Source: Tubiluchus corallicola (taxonomy: Eukaryota > Animalia > Priapulida). Taken from it: a stretch of 64,000 nt of DNA. The notes under the pieces were generated by a model. That model was given only the letters and a program-made list of their open reading frames with translations. It searched no databases and had not been told where the DNA came from. The stretch spans positions 77,775-141,774 of the forward strand of contig JAQGDQ010000557.1 in NCBI GenBank assembly GCA_030141605.1. Reading direction: 5' to 3'. Positions 1 through 12,900 of this stretch are shown piece by piece. Made by a program: the position numbers and the translations under genes. Each line of letters begins with the position of its first letter. The stretch's first letter is position 1.

Positions 1-990
1 ACTCTATGTAAAACAGCTGTCTATAAATTCAGAATTTTCCTTCAAGCTTCTTATCTGTGAAATACTCTACCAAAACTTTCTTCACTGAACATTATAACCT
101 CACCTTTTTACCACTAACCATTTAATTATACAATTTCTGGTTTATCTATTCATTGTAGTTTTTCCTTTACTTAAAGTGACCATTAGCCTTGGATTCAGCA
201 TTTATATAAGAAAGCATCAGAACCAGAACAGAGCTACAGCCAACTGACATGTTCAATAGAGCCAAAATTTCCAGTCACAAATTTTTAGATACAGAACTAT
301 TCTTTATTTACAGCAGTTAAGTAAGACTGGCCCCACCGTGTCATGCACCTAACGTGCACTAAATTCCAAAAGACAACAGATGCTGATGAAAGCATCACAT
401 GCCAAAAGCCAATCACCAAAGATCTACACTGATGGTACTTTCTTAGTCTTATTTACATGCATTAAAACAGATCTACAAAGGCTCAACATTTTCGGAGATA
501 TGGTTTTTGAATGGAAAGATGCTCCTCATTCACAACAGCCTAGAGCCCTACATAACCCCAGATCAATCAAATTCCAAGCTATGTTTACAAATACATAATC
601 ATAACACAGTGAATGTTTACTAACTATAAAAGATTTGCTAAAGTGCTTAGCGAAGCGAGGGACAACAGACTGATTCACCATGTGTCCTTAGCAAACGAAG
701 ATAACAATGCCGCCAAGACTGGTCAGTGAATGACCAGTAACCACCTGGGTTCAACATTCTCTCTAAGTGTTTTTATTTGCCATACCGATTCTGGCTGTTT
801 ACCTGGTAGAACGAAGACATAGTCACATCTGAGTCACATATTCACAAGTGAGCTAGATTCTGGTCTTGCCACACTGATTAATACTGAATAAGAAACACCA
901 CTGTATGTTTGGATTCTGGCTGCAGAATGCCAAGTCCCATGCAAAAAGAGACAAGAAATAGGAATTTCAGAACAAAAATAATGGACATAC

Positions 991-3900
991 CTTTCTTAGT
1001 GAAGGCAGTCTCAAGCTTCTTTTGCTGACGTTGTTGCAAACGCTTAGCTTGTAGGGCTTTCTTCTTCTGTCTCTGCGCTTCTTCAAACTTGCGTTTTTTA
1101 TCCAGCTCCTGCTGCCGCAGTTCTAAATAGAAATACAAATAAAAAATTGCCCAAATAAGTAATCTCGAAAACGAAGATGTTTACATACTCTTACCAATTT
1201 TCACTGTCGCTATGTCAAAAATAACTGTTGCTAACAAAAAATGAAATCAGTTAATTTTTTTGTAAAAAAGCAAGAATTTACTAAGCAAAAAGAAATAATG
1301 GCACTCATGTACACTGGTTCTTGAGAACACTATAATTAAATTCTTCATTATAGACTGTTTTACTAACATTACTGTTTTAATCTTTAGCATTAGTACATCC
1401 ACAAAATACCATTTTCAAAAAAAAAACCCGAAAAACAAAAACTTTATGAATACAACTGGAAAAGGTTCTTTGAAAAATCATCAAATATCTTGGTTCATCT
1501 GAAAGGTAGCAATACAGTTACTGCACTTCACAGAAGCATTTCACTTAGTTTCTAATTAAGTATTTTAGTAAAAAATATAAGCAACAAGCAAACAGTTAAT
1601 CTTACCCATAATAATCTCTCTTTCCTCGGGAGTTTTCCCGGCCAATGCGGCTTCTAAATCTATCCCACTATCAGCAGTCAGTGGCATATTTTCCAACATT
1701 TCTAGCTGTTTTTGCTGCTGTGGTGTCAGATTGATTGGTGCATCAATATCAAACTGCCCCTGCTGTACAAAAATGAACAAATAAATATATTCAGTATAAT
1801 CACACTAACGAAGCCACGTGAAACTGTCTTTACAATAGAAAAACAATTTTATGTAAATGTATTTAAATTTACATAACTTCCGTGAATTCACAATGTCCAA
1901 TTTCTAGTAATACCCTTACAATACTGTACAATAGCTGCCAAGGCACAGGGCGTAAACTATAACAGGCCACATAAGGATAAGAAATATGACAGTTAGAATC
2001 AGAAGCACGTGTGAAACGTACCCCAGGAATATCTGCTGCCTTGAGATCGTTATTAACACTAAGCTCCTGCATGCTCTTCTCCGTCCCTTCAGCAGTCTGT
2101 TCTGGTACGGCAGCAGAGACTCCTCGTTCACGTCCTTCCTTTCTCAACAGCTGTTTCAGGAGTATGTTGTGAATCGGGTGCAAATCGGGGTTGCCAGAAC
2201 TGTCGCTCATTGTGAAATCACCTCTTCGCATCAACTCTAAAAAAGAATTTGAAGGCATAATACCTATACAACCACTAACCCAGCACTTTAACTAAAACAT
2301 GGCATTGTGCATAAGAAAAATGAAACACAGAACATGTGCAGTGTGCACCATGTTGTCAATTTCTGATGCAAGATTTGCAAAGTAGCTAAACTCTCAAATT
2401 AAAATTATGATTGTCAACTTATTAGCTGTCAAAATAAAGAATCTTACGTAATCTAATCCGATAGGCTGGCATATCACGAATTTTGTATTATGACTGATTC
2501 TATTCAATGTCTTGCTAGGTTCTTTTTTGAAAGATTTTAATAGAATACATGTTGAAAAAAAAAGAGTTGTACCATGTACATGAGCAAGGAAGAAGTTAGC
2601 TACTCAGTTTAAAAAACAAGGTTTTAAAAACAGCATTAGACTCTCCCATTATTTTTCATGCAAAGTTCTTCTGTTGCTGCTCTGTTGCTTAGCATGACAA
2701 AAATCTCTGAAAATTCTCACTTTGCATTTTAAACAAATGGTTAAGCAAGCCTAACTGCAGGGTCCTTAAAGATTTATTTCAGCACACAAAAATGCCATAC
2801 AAAAGTTAAAATTTACACTAAAAACTAAGAAATACTACATGTTACGCACTATTACAAAAGCTACGAATACAGAATTTAAAAATACAAAAAAATCATCAGT
2901 TTGTGTAGTAACAGACTATTATTGACTTATTTAAAGAGAACACTGTTTAAAACTTCATCTGATATTTCAAAGATACCTGTTTATATTAAAAAATAAAATA
3001 GAAAACAAATTTAAAGAACTAATTTAACAACAATAATAATAACTCCCACATACCTTCTTCCTCACGCTTTTGTATCTGTCTCGGGATTTCTCCCGGTTCT
3101 AATGATGGCATCCTTGGGATAACGGGATTGTAAGTTGGAGGAAAACCAATTGACACAGCAGGAGAACGTTCTCTTTCAGCAGCAGCTGCAGCAGCAGCAG
3201 CAGCCGCAGCTTCAGATTCCAGCATCGCATTCTTTATCGCTTTATCAATTGACAGGGATATGCTCTGAGCAGTGGCAACAGTGCTAACTTGTGTCGTAGT
3301 CATTGTCGTCGTTGAACTAGTTCTAGTACTTACAGCGTTACGTGCTTCAAAATCTGCAGGAGTGTCTCCATGTGATTTACCAGTTGTCGACGAAGTGATA
3401 ATGGATTGAGTGATATTTGGCATCATGACATCAGATGAACTATACAATGGCAGAGCACCAATACGCTCCTCAGTAATATGGGACAACGTAGAGGTTACAG
3501 TACATAATGAACTAATGGCATTCCCTACACTGTTATCTACTGTAGTACTGTGGATATTGATATCTGTTGATATTGTGTGGCATGAGTCACTAGAAAAATT
3601 TTTTGAATCAAATGCACCAACTTTTTTATTATCAGACAAATAACTGACTTTATCACTAGGTTGTGAACTTTCAGCCCAGGATCCTGCATCACATTCAGAA
3701 CTAAAAACTTCATTTTTAACGATGCAACAATCAGTAGTAACAGGTTGAAAACTTGCTGCGCTGGTCAAGGCACTAGTGAGTGAGTTGTCACTTGTAGACA
3801 TTAGCGAAACAGACTTATCGGCAGACACAGGGGTCTCAATAGCCTGGAAACCGGCATTAACTGACGCTGCACCACTTGAAGGAAAAGTAGTTGATGTAAT

Positions 3901-6900
3901 AAAACTTGTTGTACTATTCACAGAAACATTTGAAAACACACTGCTAGCCAAACCAGGAGAATGCATGCCATTTTCATCATCTATAATAGCTTTTTTATCA
4001 ACACTTTGTTTTTCACCTGGAATTGGTAGGTCACAACTAGGCACACATGACAATGAGCTATCACTGTATGTCATCATCACGCCTGCTGCGATAGAAGTAG
4101 TGAAAGGCGGTGCAGCAAGCATACAGCTAGTTGCTGTAACAGTCGGTGAAGGTTTATCATTACCGCATGACAACATCGTTGATATCGAAAAAGCACTTTT
4201 GCCACTAGATGTATTCATTGTAACAGATGTGATATTGCACTGTAAAGCCGAGGTGCTGCAAGAAGAAGTATTTTTAATTGAAGTATATGGGAGTGAATGT
4301 ACTTTGTCACTCATCAATGATGGCGGAACGCTTAATAAAGTAGAAGTAGCCACTGCTGTGGTCAATTCGGTATTGACCGATGACACATCTGCAAATGTTT
4401 TGCGCAAATATTGTTCTACAATGCTGTGAGCTGTGGAAAGCGGCTCTTTAGGTTCTGCATGAGGCACACTCTGATTACCCAAAGTATCACTTTGTAAGCT
4501 TGGCGAAGTAACCACGCTAGTACTCATGGCTAAGCGCTGAATGTTTGTCGCAGAGGGTAAATGACAACTACTATTTACCACTGGATAATAAGCATTGCTA
4601 TATTTAACAACAGCTGGGGGTCCAATGCTTATAGAACATACTGGCGGTGCAACAGCACTAATTGGAATCGGATGATCAACCGTACCAGCTGGGTACATAG
4701 GTGCAAAGGTAGCATCTACCACACAGGGCGAACATTGGTCTGTAGAGGTAGTAGCAGCAATACTTGCTCTTAAAGACAACTGCCTTTCACTTTCTGCCGA
4801 TGAACTACTAATAGATGCAACAGTTGCTGAAGTGTAACAAGAGTGAACTACAGAAGTACTAGCAACAGGTGTAGTGATTGTTGGAGCAACCTCTTCTTTA
4901 GCATCATCACTTATCGCGAGAAGTGAAATTTCACTTTTTTGTGTAGACGATGCTGTCACCTTAGTTTCATCGTCTGACTTCACAGCTATTTCAGTCGAAG
5001 GCGTGAGTGACGGCATGTCAGACGCAACAGTAACAGACATTGGTGGGGTAACAGAATCTTCTGATACTTCTTGACTGTTAGGAGCAACAACAGGAATGGT
5101 ATCAGAGCTTGTTGGAGATGCCTCCACAGATGCCAAAGCTCTGTCTTCCTGACATTTGTTCAAATTCTCGACAAAAGATGCTGTTTCTAAAGGCGTGTCA
5201 TTACTGGACTGCATTTGCATGACATAGGAATGTTCACCTGTAACTGTTGAAGCAAGAATATCTGTAACAGAAAATGGTGTGATAGTTCGAGCAGGGCATG
5301 TAGTGCTGCTAGTATGGACGGATGATGTTATTACTGTGCTAGGTACTACCAATAATGGTCTCGAAACACTGTAGCTGTTCTCCTGCAATCCGACTGTGTT
5401 GGAAACCAATAACGTGCTTTCTGGAGGAGAGCTTTCTGTACTTTGCATGGCTACATCGCAGCTATCTTCTTCACGCAGAGCAGTAGGCAGCTCATCAGTT
5501 AAAGACAGCTCAGGATTAGCAATCACTTGAACTTTTTCTGTTGAATGAGAATCTGTTGAAGACACCTGAGATGCAAAAGGCAGCACTCGAGAAAAAGAAG
5601 ACGAAGGACTCTCACTTTGGAGATCGTCAACTTTCTGATCACCAATGCCATCAAACTGTGGGATGCGAGTTGCAAAGTGACACTTGCTAGAACAAGCACT
5701 TATCAACCATTTCTTATATAAGTTCCCTCTATTATATTTCTTACATTGACTTTTTCTGTTCTGATCGCTGCTCCCATCTGTCTGTGGTATATCTGGTTCA
5801 GGTTTTCCCGAACTGTCACCTTGCTGAAGATGTTCTGTCTTTGCCTCACCAGCTTTTGAAGTAAGTGGTGATGGTGTTTCACCTACAGAAGAACTGCTAC
5901 TAATGCTAGCTCTAGTAACGACTGTCATGTCAGTAGTAGCTTTGCTAGTTTCGCTGACAGATGTAACCACAGAAGACTGACTACCTTGGAGTGCTTTATT
6001 AAGAGGACTTCCAATTTGCGGTGTCTGATGGCCAGGAGTTTGAGATGCACCTGTTGACGATGGTCTTGAAGAAGGCCTCGAAGAAGGACGTGACAAAGAT
6101 CTTGGTGAAGAAGAGTGACCACCCGGTGACGTCCACCCAGTCGGATGAGGTACATTGGACAAAGGAGAACTAGAACTAACCGTATGGGGAGGTAAGAGAC
6201 TAGACACAGAATGTGATGACGAAAATGACTGTGGCAAACTGGACACCATTTGCGACAAACTTGATACAGCTTGCGATAACGACGAAGGTGACATGCCAGG
6301 CTGGCTAGCAGAATTTACACTCAACATTTTCTGAATGCTCAATGGCGATCCAACTCTCTGCAACCGAGGGCTAAACTGTTGTTCGATTCCTGATCTTGGC
6401 ATGCTACTAGCGATGGATGTATGACTTCCTGGAGAACGAGCAAATGGAAGCATGCCTGGATGTCCACTATAATGTCCAGCAGATGTTGGTACACAGCCAG
6501 GAGATGATGCTCTAATGCTTTGCGGAGCCATGGCAATGCCTTCTGGAAGCTGCGGAATGTTGGGAGTTGCAGGTGGTTGAATTACGTTGTATGGAAACAT
6601 GTGAGATGGCTGTGGAATTGACTCACCTGTAAAAAAAGAGAAAATTAAAACTCATCAGAACCAGGTCAACGAAGCCATAAACCTGTTCACATGGTGACGA
6701 CACTCCACAACAGATCAACCTGAAACTAAATATGTGGCAAAGAGTGGAAAAAGAAAACAACTGAAATAAATCTTAAAAGAAATAAACAAACTAGTCAAGC
6801 TATGTGAAAACTGTTTGCAACAACAACAACAAAGTAATTACAAATCTGGAATTGCTTGTCACACTCAAACTGAACATGTGTAAAATTTATCACGATAAGC

Positions 6901-9900
6901 CACTTAATTGGCTTTACAACTAAACAATTTTGTAACTCACTCAAAATCACAGAAAAAAACTACACTCATTCCCAAAAAGGACTAAAATTTCAAGAAAAAA
7001 GAGAAAAAGAAAAGAGAACGTAAGCATGTAGGAGTGTATGCCAAATCACATCAACATCCAGAAAAAAGTACTTGTCACACAGCCTCACCAAAGGGGTCTG
7101 TTTTGATAGGTTTCTTCTTTCTAGTTTTCTTTTTCTGTGGGTGAGGCTGTTCCACATTATCGGCAATGCTAGGCCCACTAGCGGGTAGCACCATCGTGTT
7201 TTCACCTGGAGGTTGTAATGATCAAATCCAGATTTAGTTAATAAAGTTTAATAAATCTAAAACAAACACTACAAAAATCTAGTTAGAAACAAATTTTATA
7301 AAAACCTTGAAATGGAACAAAAGAAAACTGAAATAAAAATTAGTAACCTTCCTGAAAATGGAATGATTAAAAGAACAGTGACAAACGAAAAAGGACGACG
7401 TTACTCAAAATCTGCTCTCTAACGGCGCATTCAGACTAGCGAGTTTTCTCTCCTAGAGAGCAAAACTTGCTGTGAGTTACTCTCCGAGCAGACATGCAAT
7501 TCTCTATACACTGCGATAAGTATTGAGGGTAACTTGCCGAGGGTGTTCACACTAGGCAGTAACTCACAGGAAATCAACTCGCAGCAACTGTCGGAGAGTT
7601 TGCAATAACTTGCCGATAGTAACTCACAAAACAGTTCATACTTGTGAGTTTACTGTCAGATAGAAAACTCACTAGTCTGAGCATGCTGTAACAATGTCAG
7701 TAAAGGTTCTACAAAACAAAATACAGTCAGAGTATTTAAACACAAATGCCAAAACAACTTACACTCATACAAAAATCACCAGCGAAGACAAGTACAAAAA
7801 ACTGAAAAATCTGAAAAAGAACTATATTGCTGAAGTAGGGGTGTGGCGCCAACGATATGGCACATACAATCAGAAATACAGTTAAAAAATATTCGTTTTA
7901 CAGTTGAGATCCTGTAATATCATCAGAAATGTAGACACTGTATTTTTGCAGAAACTCTCGAGGCTCTTGTGGGCCAAGGGGGAGTGTCTAGCACACCAAG
8001 ACTGCTTTTGTGCACACTAAACGAACAAAACTCAGTGAAGGTAATCCTAATTCATTACTTCCAAATAGAAGCCTGCTTCATCAAATCACTCCATATACAC
8101 TAAAATCAACTCACCAGTACCTACACCAAACTACACCACATACATTTATATTCACCTCACTAGTTAGACAAAAACCATATTTAACTCATCAAAGAAATTC
8201 CGTCACACAATAAGCAGGAAGCAAAAAATTTGTTAATCGAAAGTTCCTAAAAGTGGCAAAGCATAAAATTTACCTGTGATAGCAACAAGCATGTATTATA
8301 TACCGAGATACATGCAATATACAAAACACCAAAATGTACAAACATAAATACTTGCCCAACAGCAAGCGTGTTGAAAATTAGTACTGAATGAATGCTATAA
8401 AAACTCTAAATTATCCCACTTAAGTCTTTAAATTACTTCAGAGCCAATGTTTGTGATATCATGTCTATTGAGTATGTGGTTCAGCAGTCTTATGAGTTTT
8501 AACCAAAAGTCTCTTAATAAATATGCAAAAAAAATGACACAGAACAAAAAAATAGACTTAACAACAAAAAAACACGAAAAAACTTTTTAGTATTGTGGGA
8601 TTACCAAAAAAACAGAGGACAATGTATTTGCTTCACACTATGTTAAGATCAGAGTATAGTTGAGAGAGAGCAAAATGAAGTACAGCTCCATTTGACACGC
8701 ACAAATATATAAATATACATCTACATCCAATACATGTCCACTTGATAATCTTTAAAACTGCACCACCAAAGCAAAATGACGAGGAAAAAGCACACAAAAC
8801 ACCTGAAGTGTCAGAATCTTGAGTCAAAAAGCATCAGAATACACAGTATTAGGAACTTAATCATCACTGGCAGTTACAAATAGAAGTGCTTGCCTGAAAT
8901 TAAGATATCTGTCATCACTTAGTGACCTTAGTACAATAAAAAAGTGCCCCATTAAAACTTACACAGTCTAAATATAGAAATATTCAAAGCCGTCCAACAG
9001 AGATAAAAGACCCAAAGAAAGGAGTAACATATTGAAGGAAAACAGTATGATTTTTCAATTCCTACCCATTTTGAAATATGGCAAAAAGTATACATTTTTT
9101 AACATCAATATTAATGCCAAAGTCTTTCTGCTAATTAAAAGCTTAATTAACCACAGGCATGGCCAACCACTGATGACATCACAACTGAACATAATTTTCA
9201 ACAGTATAAACATTCCAGGAGTCTGTTGCACATGTTTGTAAAAGTGAAAATATTCAGTGTGATACACAAAAACACAGCAAACATTAAGTTCAAAATTTAA
9301 ATTTCAAGTTTACCCCTATGCTCACGCATGACTTCTCAAACGTGTGCACTATATGTCACAACTGAACACCGCTGAACTAAAATGTACCACCTACTGCAGG
9401 CGCTAGTGTCCACCTGACAAGCGAAGGTAAAAATGCACGTAACAATGTAGAAATAACTGTGCGAATTACATTTCTGTGATGATAATTCTTTCACGTAAGT
9501 CGTTCTTGAAAAAATAGCAAATTCTCTTTCAATATTTTACAGAGTAGATTGTTCTGAGCTATAGTTTAAGATGGGATCCATTTCCTTTAAGGAGCTCAGC
9601 TTGATGAGTAAACAAACACTCACTTGATATTAACAAGACATGTTAGTGAAATATGAAAAAAATGAGCAACCAGTTTTGCAGCTTTTAATAAAAAAAATAA
9701 TTGGTACTATTGGGCAAACGAAATCTATACATTAAAAGTTTAACTTTTATTGTAAAAATTATTTAAAGATAAATAACAATATTTTAGTGAATACGTACTT
9801 GGCTGAAAGCGAATTTGATCTTGAGGGAATCGTACGCCTGGAGGTAACCGAGGACCATGATCAGACCCTATCCTGGCACCATGCTCAATAGGCATTCTCG

Positions 9901-12900
9901 GACCATGCTCAGATGCAATGAACTCGGGACGCATCATCCGTGGGCCATGATCAGGCATTAGTCGAGGACCAAGCTCTGGCCCAGATCCCATTTTAGTTCC
10001 GACGTCCTGCATAGGACGTGACCCCATGTCTAAAACCATTCTTGGTCTCTCCTGCTGATATTGCATTCCCGGAAAACGATGCTGTGGCAAACCGTGGGCA
10101 CCGGAAGCCGGCGGATACACCATTCGTTGATCGAATGTCATGCCAGTTTCTGCGAAATAAGGGCGACCCATTTCTTGATGCTCTACAATGTAAAAATATA
10201 GGAACCTTCATAATTAAGGCTGCAGTTTGGTACTACAGCGATACTAAGCTTATAAAAGACAATTTAGTTTATTGATATTGGTCAAGCAAAACAATTCGAA
10301 CTTTGGCGGGACAGCAAACCAGTTAGTTACATGCCCACCAAATGACGTTACTACTTTGTTGCCACGTTTCAAATTAAAATGGAACTGCATTCAAGAAGCA
10401 AAACGTACCATGCTGAGCAAGTTCTGCCTCCTGTCGAAGCAGAGCTCGTTGTCTCTCAACATGAGCTTGCAGTTGTTTCCGTTGTTTTTCCTGAGCCAAT
10501 CTTTTTTCTATTTGCTCGCGCTGCTGATAATGCTCACGTGAGTAACTGTCGCTAAATGGATTGTTCTCATCGACCCTAAAAGATTTATTGTACTATAATT
10601 TCAAACCCACGTTACAGTTAGCGAAACAATTCTGTTAAAAAGCTACAAACTACTGAAACGTCCTTATTTACATAAATTAGCTGTTGCAAGGTACCTCATT
10701 CTATACATGCTTTCCTCGGTCCCTTGAGCACTTCTAGGTGAATGCAGCATTGGGCTCTGCGATGGCGAGCCCACGTGGGGCGGAGTTGACTGTCGAGGAA
10801 GTCCAGGGGAAGTCATTCCGGGTGGAGTACCCATAGGCATGCCTTGTGGCGCTATCAATGACGATGCTCCCATTGCCTGAGGAGGAATGCCAGGAGGCAG
10901 GGCGTGACTTACACCTTGACTATACAAAGCTGCCTGCCGGTCGTCCCGTTTCTGTCTGTATTCAGAAACGACAATACCGTGCTGTCTGTTTTTCTTTCTC
11001 ATCTGCAGATGTAGAAAGAACAATTTTCATTTCTTTGTTAAACAGGCATATGACCAATACAACTTTTTCATTTTTCTTTCGCTGTCACAAAATTAAAATA
11101 AAAGTTCTGCATTAGTAGTGACCAAACTTTGAGTTGGCAAAACTAACATCAATTCAAAATGTACTATTTAATTTACAGCTGCAATTAGACTATCACGGCA
11201 AGTTACAGCAGAATCACATGAACATGTACGAAAACGGACAAGACATGGTTATAGAGACTAAAATGCACATACGTACATATGTACAAGTAAATGTACGAAT
11301 ATGTTTTACCCCTGATGGTTAACTGAGGAAACACTAGTCTCTGATAACTATGTCTACTTAAAAAGCGACAAATGCCGTCCACACCCGTATCACCAGCATC
11401 TTCTCAAAATATATATGCCATTAACCTGCATCAATAAATGCACAGATGCATACCTGCTCAATTTCTTTCTGCATGGCGCTTATTTCTTGAGCGAGTTTCT
11501 GCATCTGCTGCTGATCACTTTCACTCAACTCTCCCCCATTCTTCTTCAGCACTCTGCTTCTGGCATTGAGTGCCTTCTTGTCTTTCCTGAGCTTGGCGAT
11601 GTTTGTCTCCAGCGTCTTGAGCTCATACTGAAATTCAGTGATGAAAATGAGTTATTTTACTAGGCAGGCTAAAAACTGACAATACCAAGTCGTAAGAAAA
11701 TGATGGGAAAATTCTGCAAATGGGAACTGTATTAATAATTAACAATGATATAACAACATTGAAAAAACCTGTAGCATTTGTTGGTGCTGAAACAGCCACT
11801 TCTCATATTGCAATTGTTGCTGTCGCTGTTCTTCTGTCATGTTGATATCAAATGTGGGTGGTGGAGGAGGCGGATGCATAGGTTGAGTGGGCGGGCACAT
11901 CATCTGACTACCCATCTCATTCTGGCTTCTCTGCATCATCCCAGGAGCGGGCGGACCACTCATACCTGTGACACAGTTAACGAGTTAAGACACATTATCT
12001 TTCCAAAAACCAAAAATTTTCAAAGCCTTCTAAATTTATAATTCACATTAGGATAAGTTAGTACTTACCTGACATAGATGGACCACTTGGAGGGCGGGAT
12101 AGCTGTTGCCAGTCAATCGGCGGGTGCTGAAGACGTGGCGGATTTTGCATGCCCATTCCGGGTGCTGGAGGTCCATGTTCGGCATGATCAGGGTATGGTA
12201 GATGTCCTCCACTGGTTGAACCTGCCACAAATTTCAGATACTATGATACAGAGTCTGTATTAAGTGCTGAAAGCAACATCAATATACATTACGCTCAAAA
12301 TATTGGCACTGCAACTGAGTATCGTGATTTGAATCTGAGTATCGTGAACTAAATTTGTTTTGATTTCCATCAGATTTCCAGCCTCCAATACTTTTCAAAG
12401 TTAGTGGAATGAAAATAATTTGCAAATTTAAAATTAACTTCTAGTTGTATTACGTGTAAGAAAAATGCTATGTACATTCTCTTTCTGAAAGAAATTAGCA
12501 AAAGATACATTCCAGGTATGAGAATTATAACTAGCAAGTTTGCATCAGGTGTCTGTGCAATCTAGGCAACTTTCGATAAAGAATAAAAAAAATTGTACTA
12601 TTGGAAAGGCGAGGCACATATTTTGCTTTTAACTACCTAAATTTAATCATGAATCAAGCAGTGCATGTGCTGTGAATGTGATACAACTGCAAAGTATATA
12701 GATAAGGCCTATAACAGCCTATAATTAAGTACTAACAGAATAATACAATTCCATACATCGTCAGGTGAAATAACCAATCACAAAGTCTTAACAAAAACTA
12801 AAACGATACTTAACCAATCACAAAGTCATTAACGAAAACTAAACAGATAGGTACAATTGCTGCTTGTATTAACTAAAAAAGGTGGAACTATTTGAAAATA

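Noticed and set aside
678-802. Next KMT2C/D exon
   Set aside because: Plausible splice sites, but an in-frame TGA in the required phase and no recognisable homology.
3410-5074. Plus-strand ORFs of 66-217 aa
   Set aside because: Antisense shadows of the giant coding exon.
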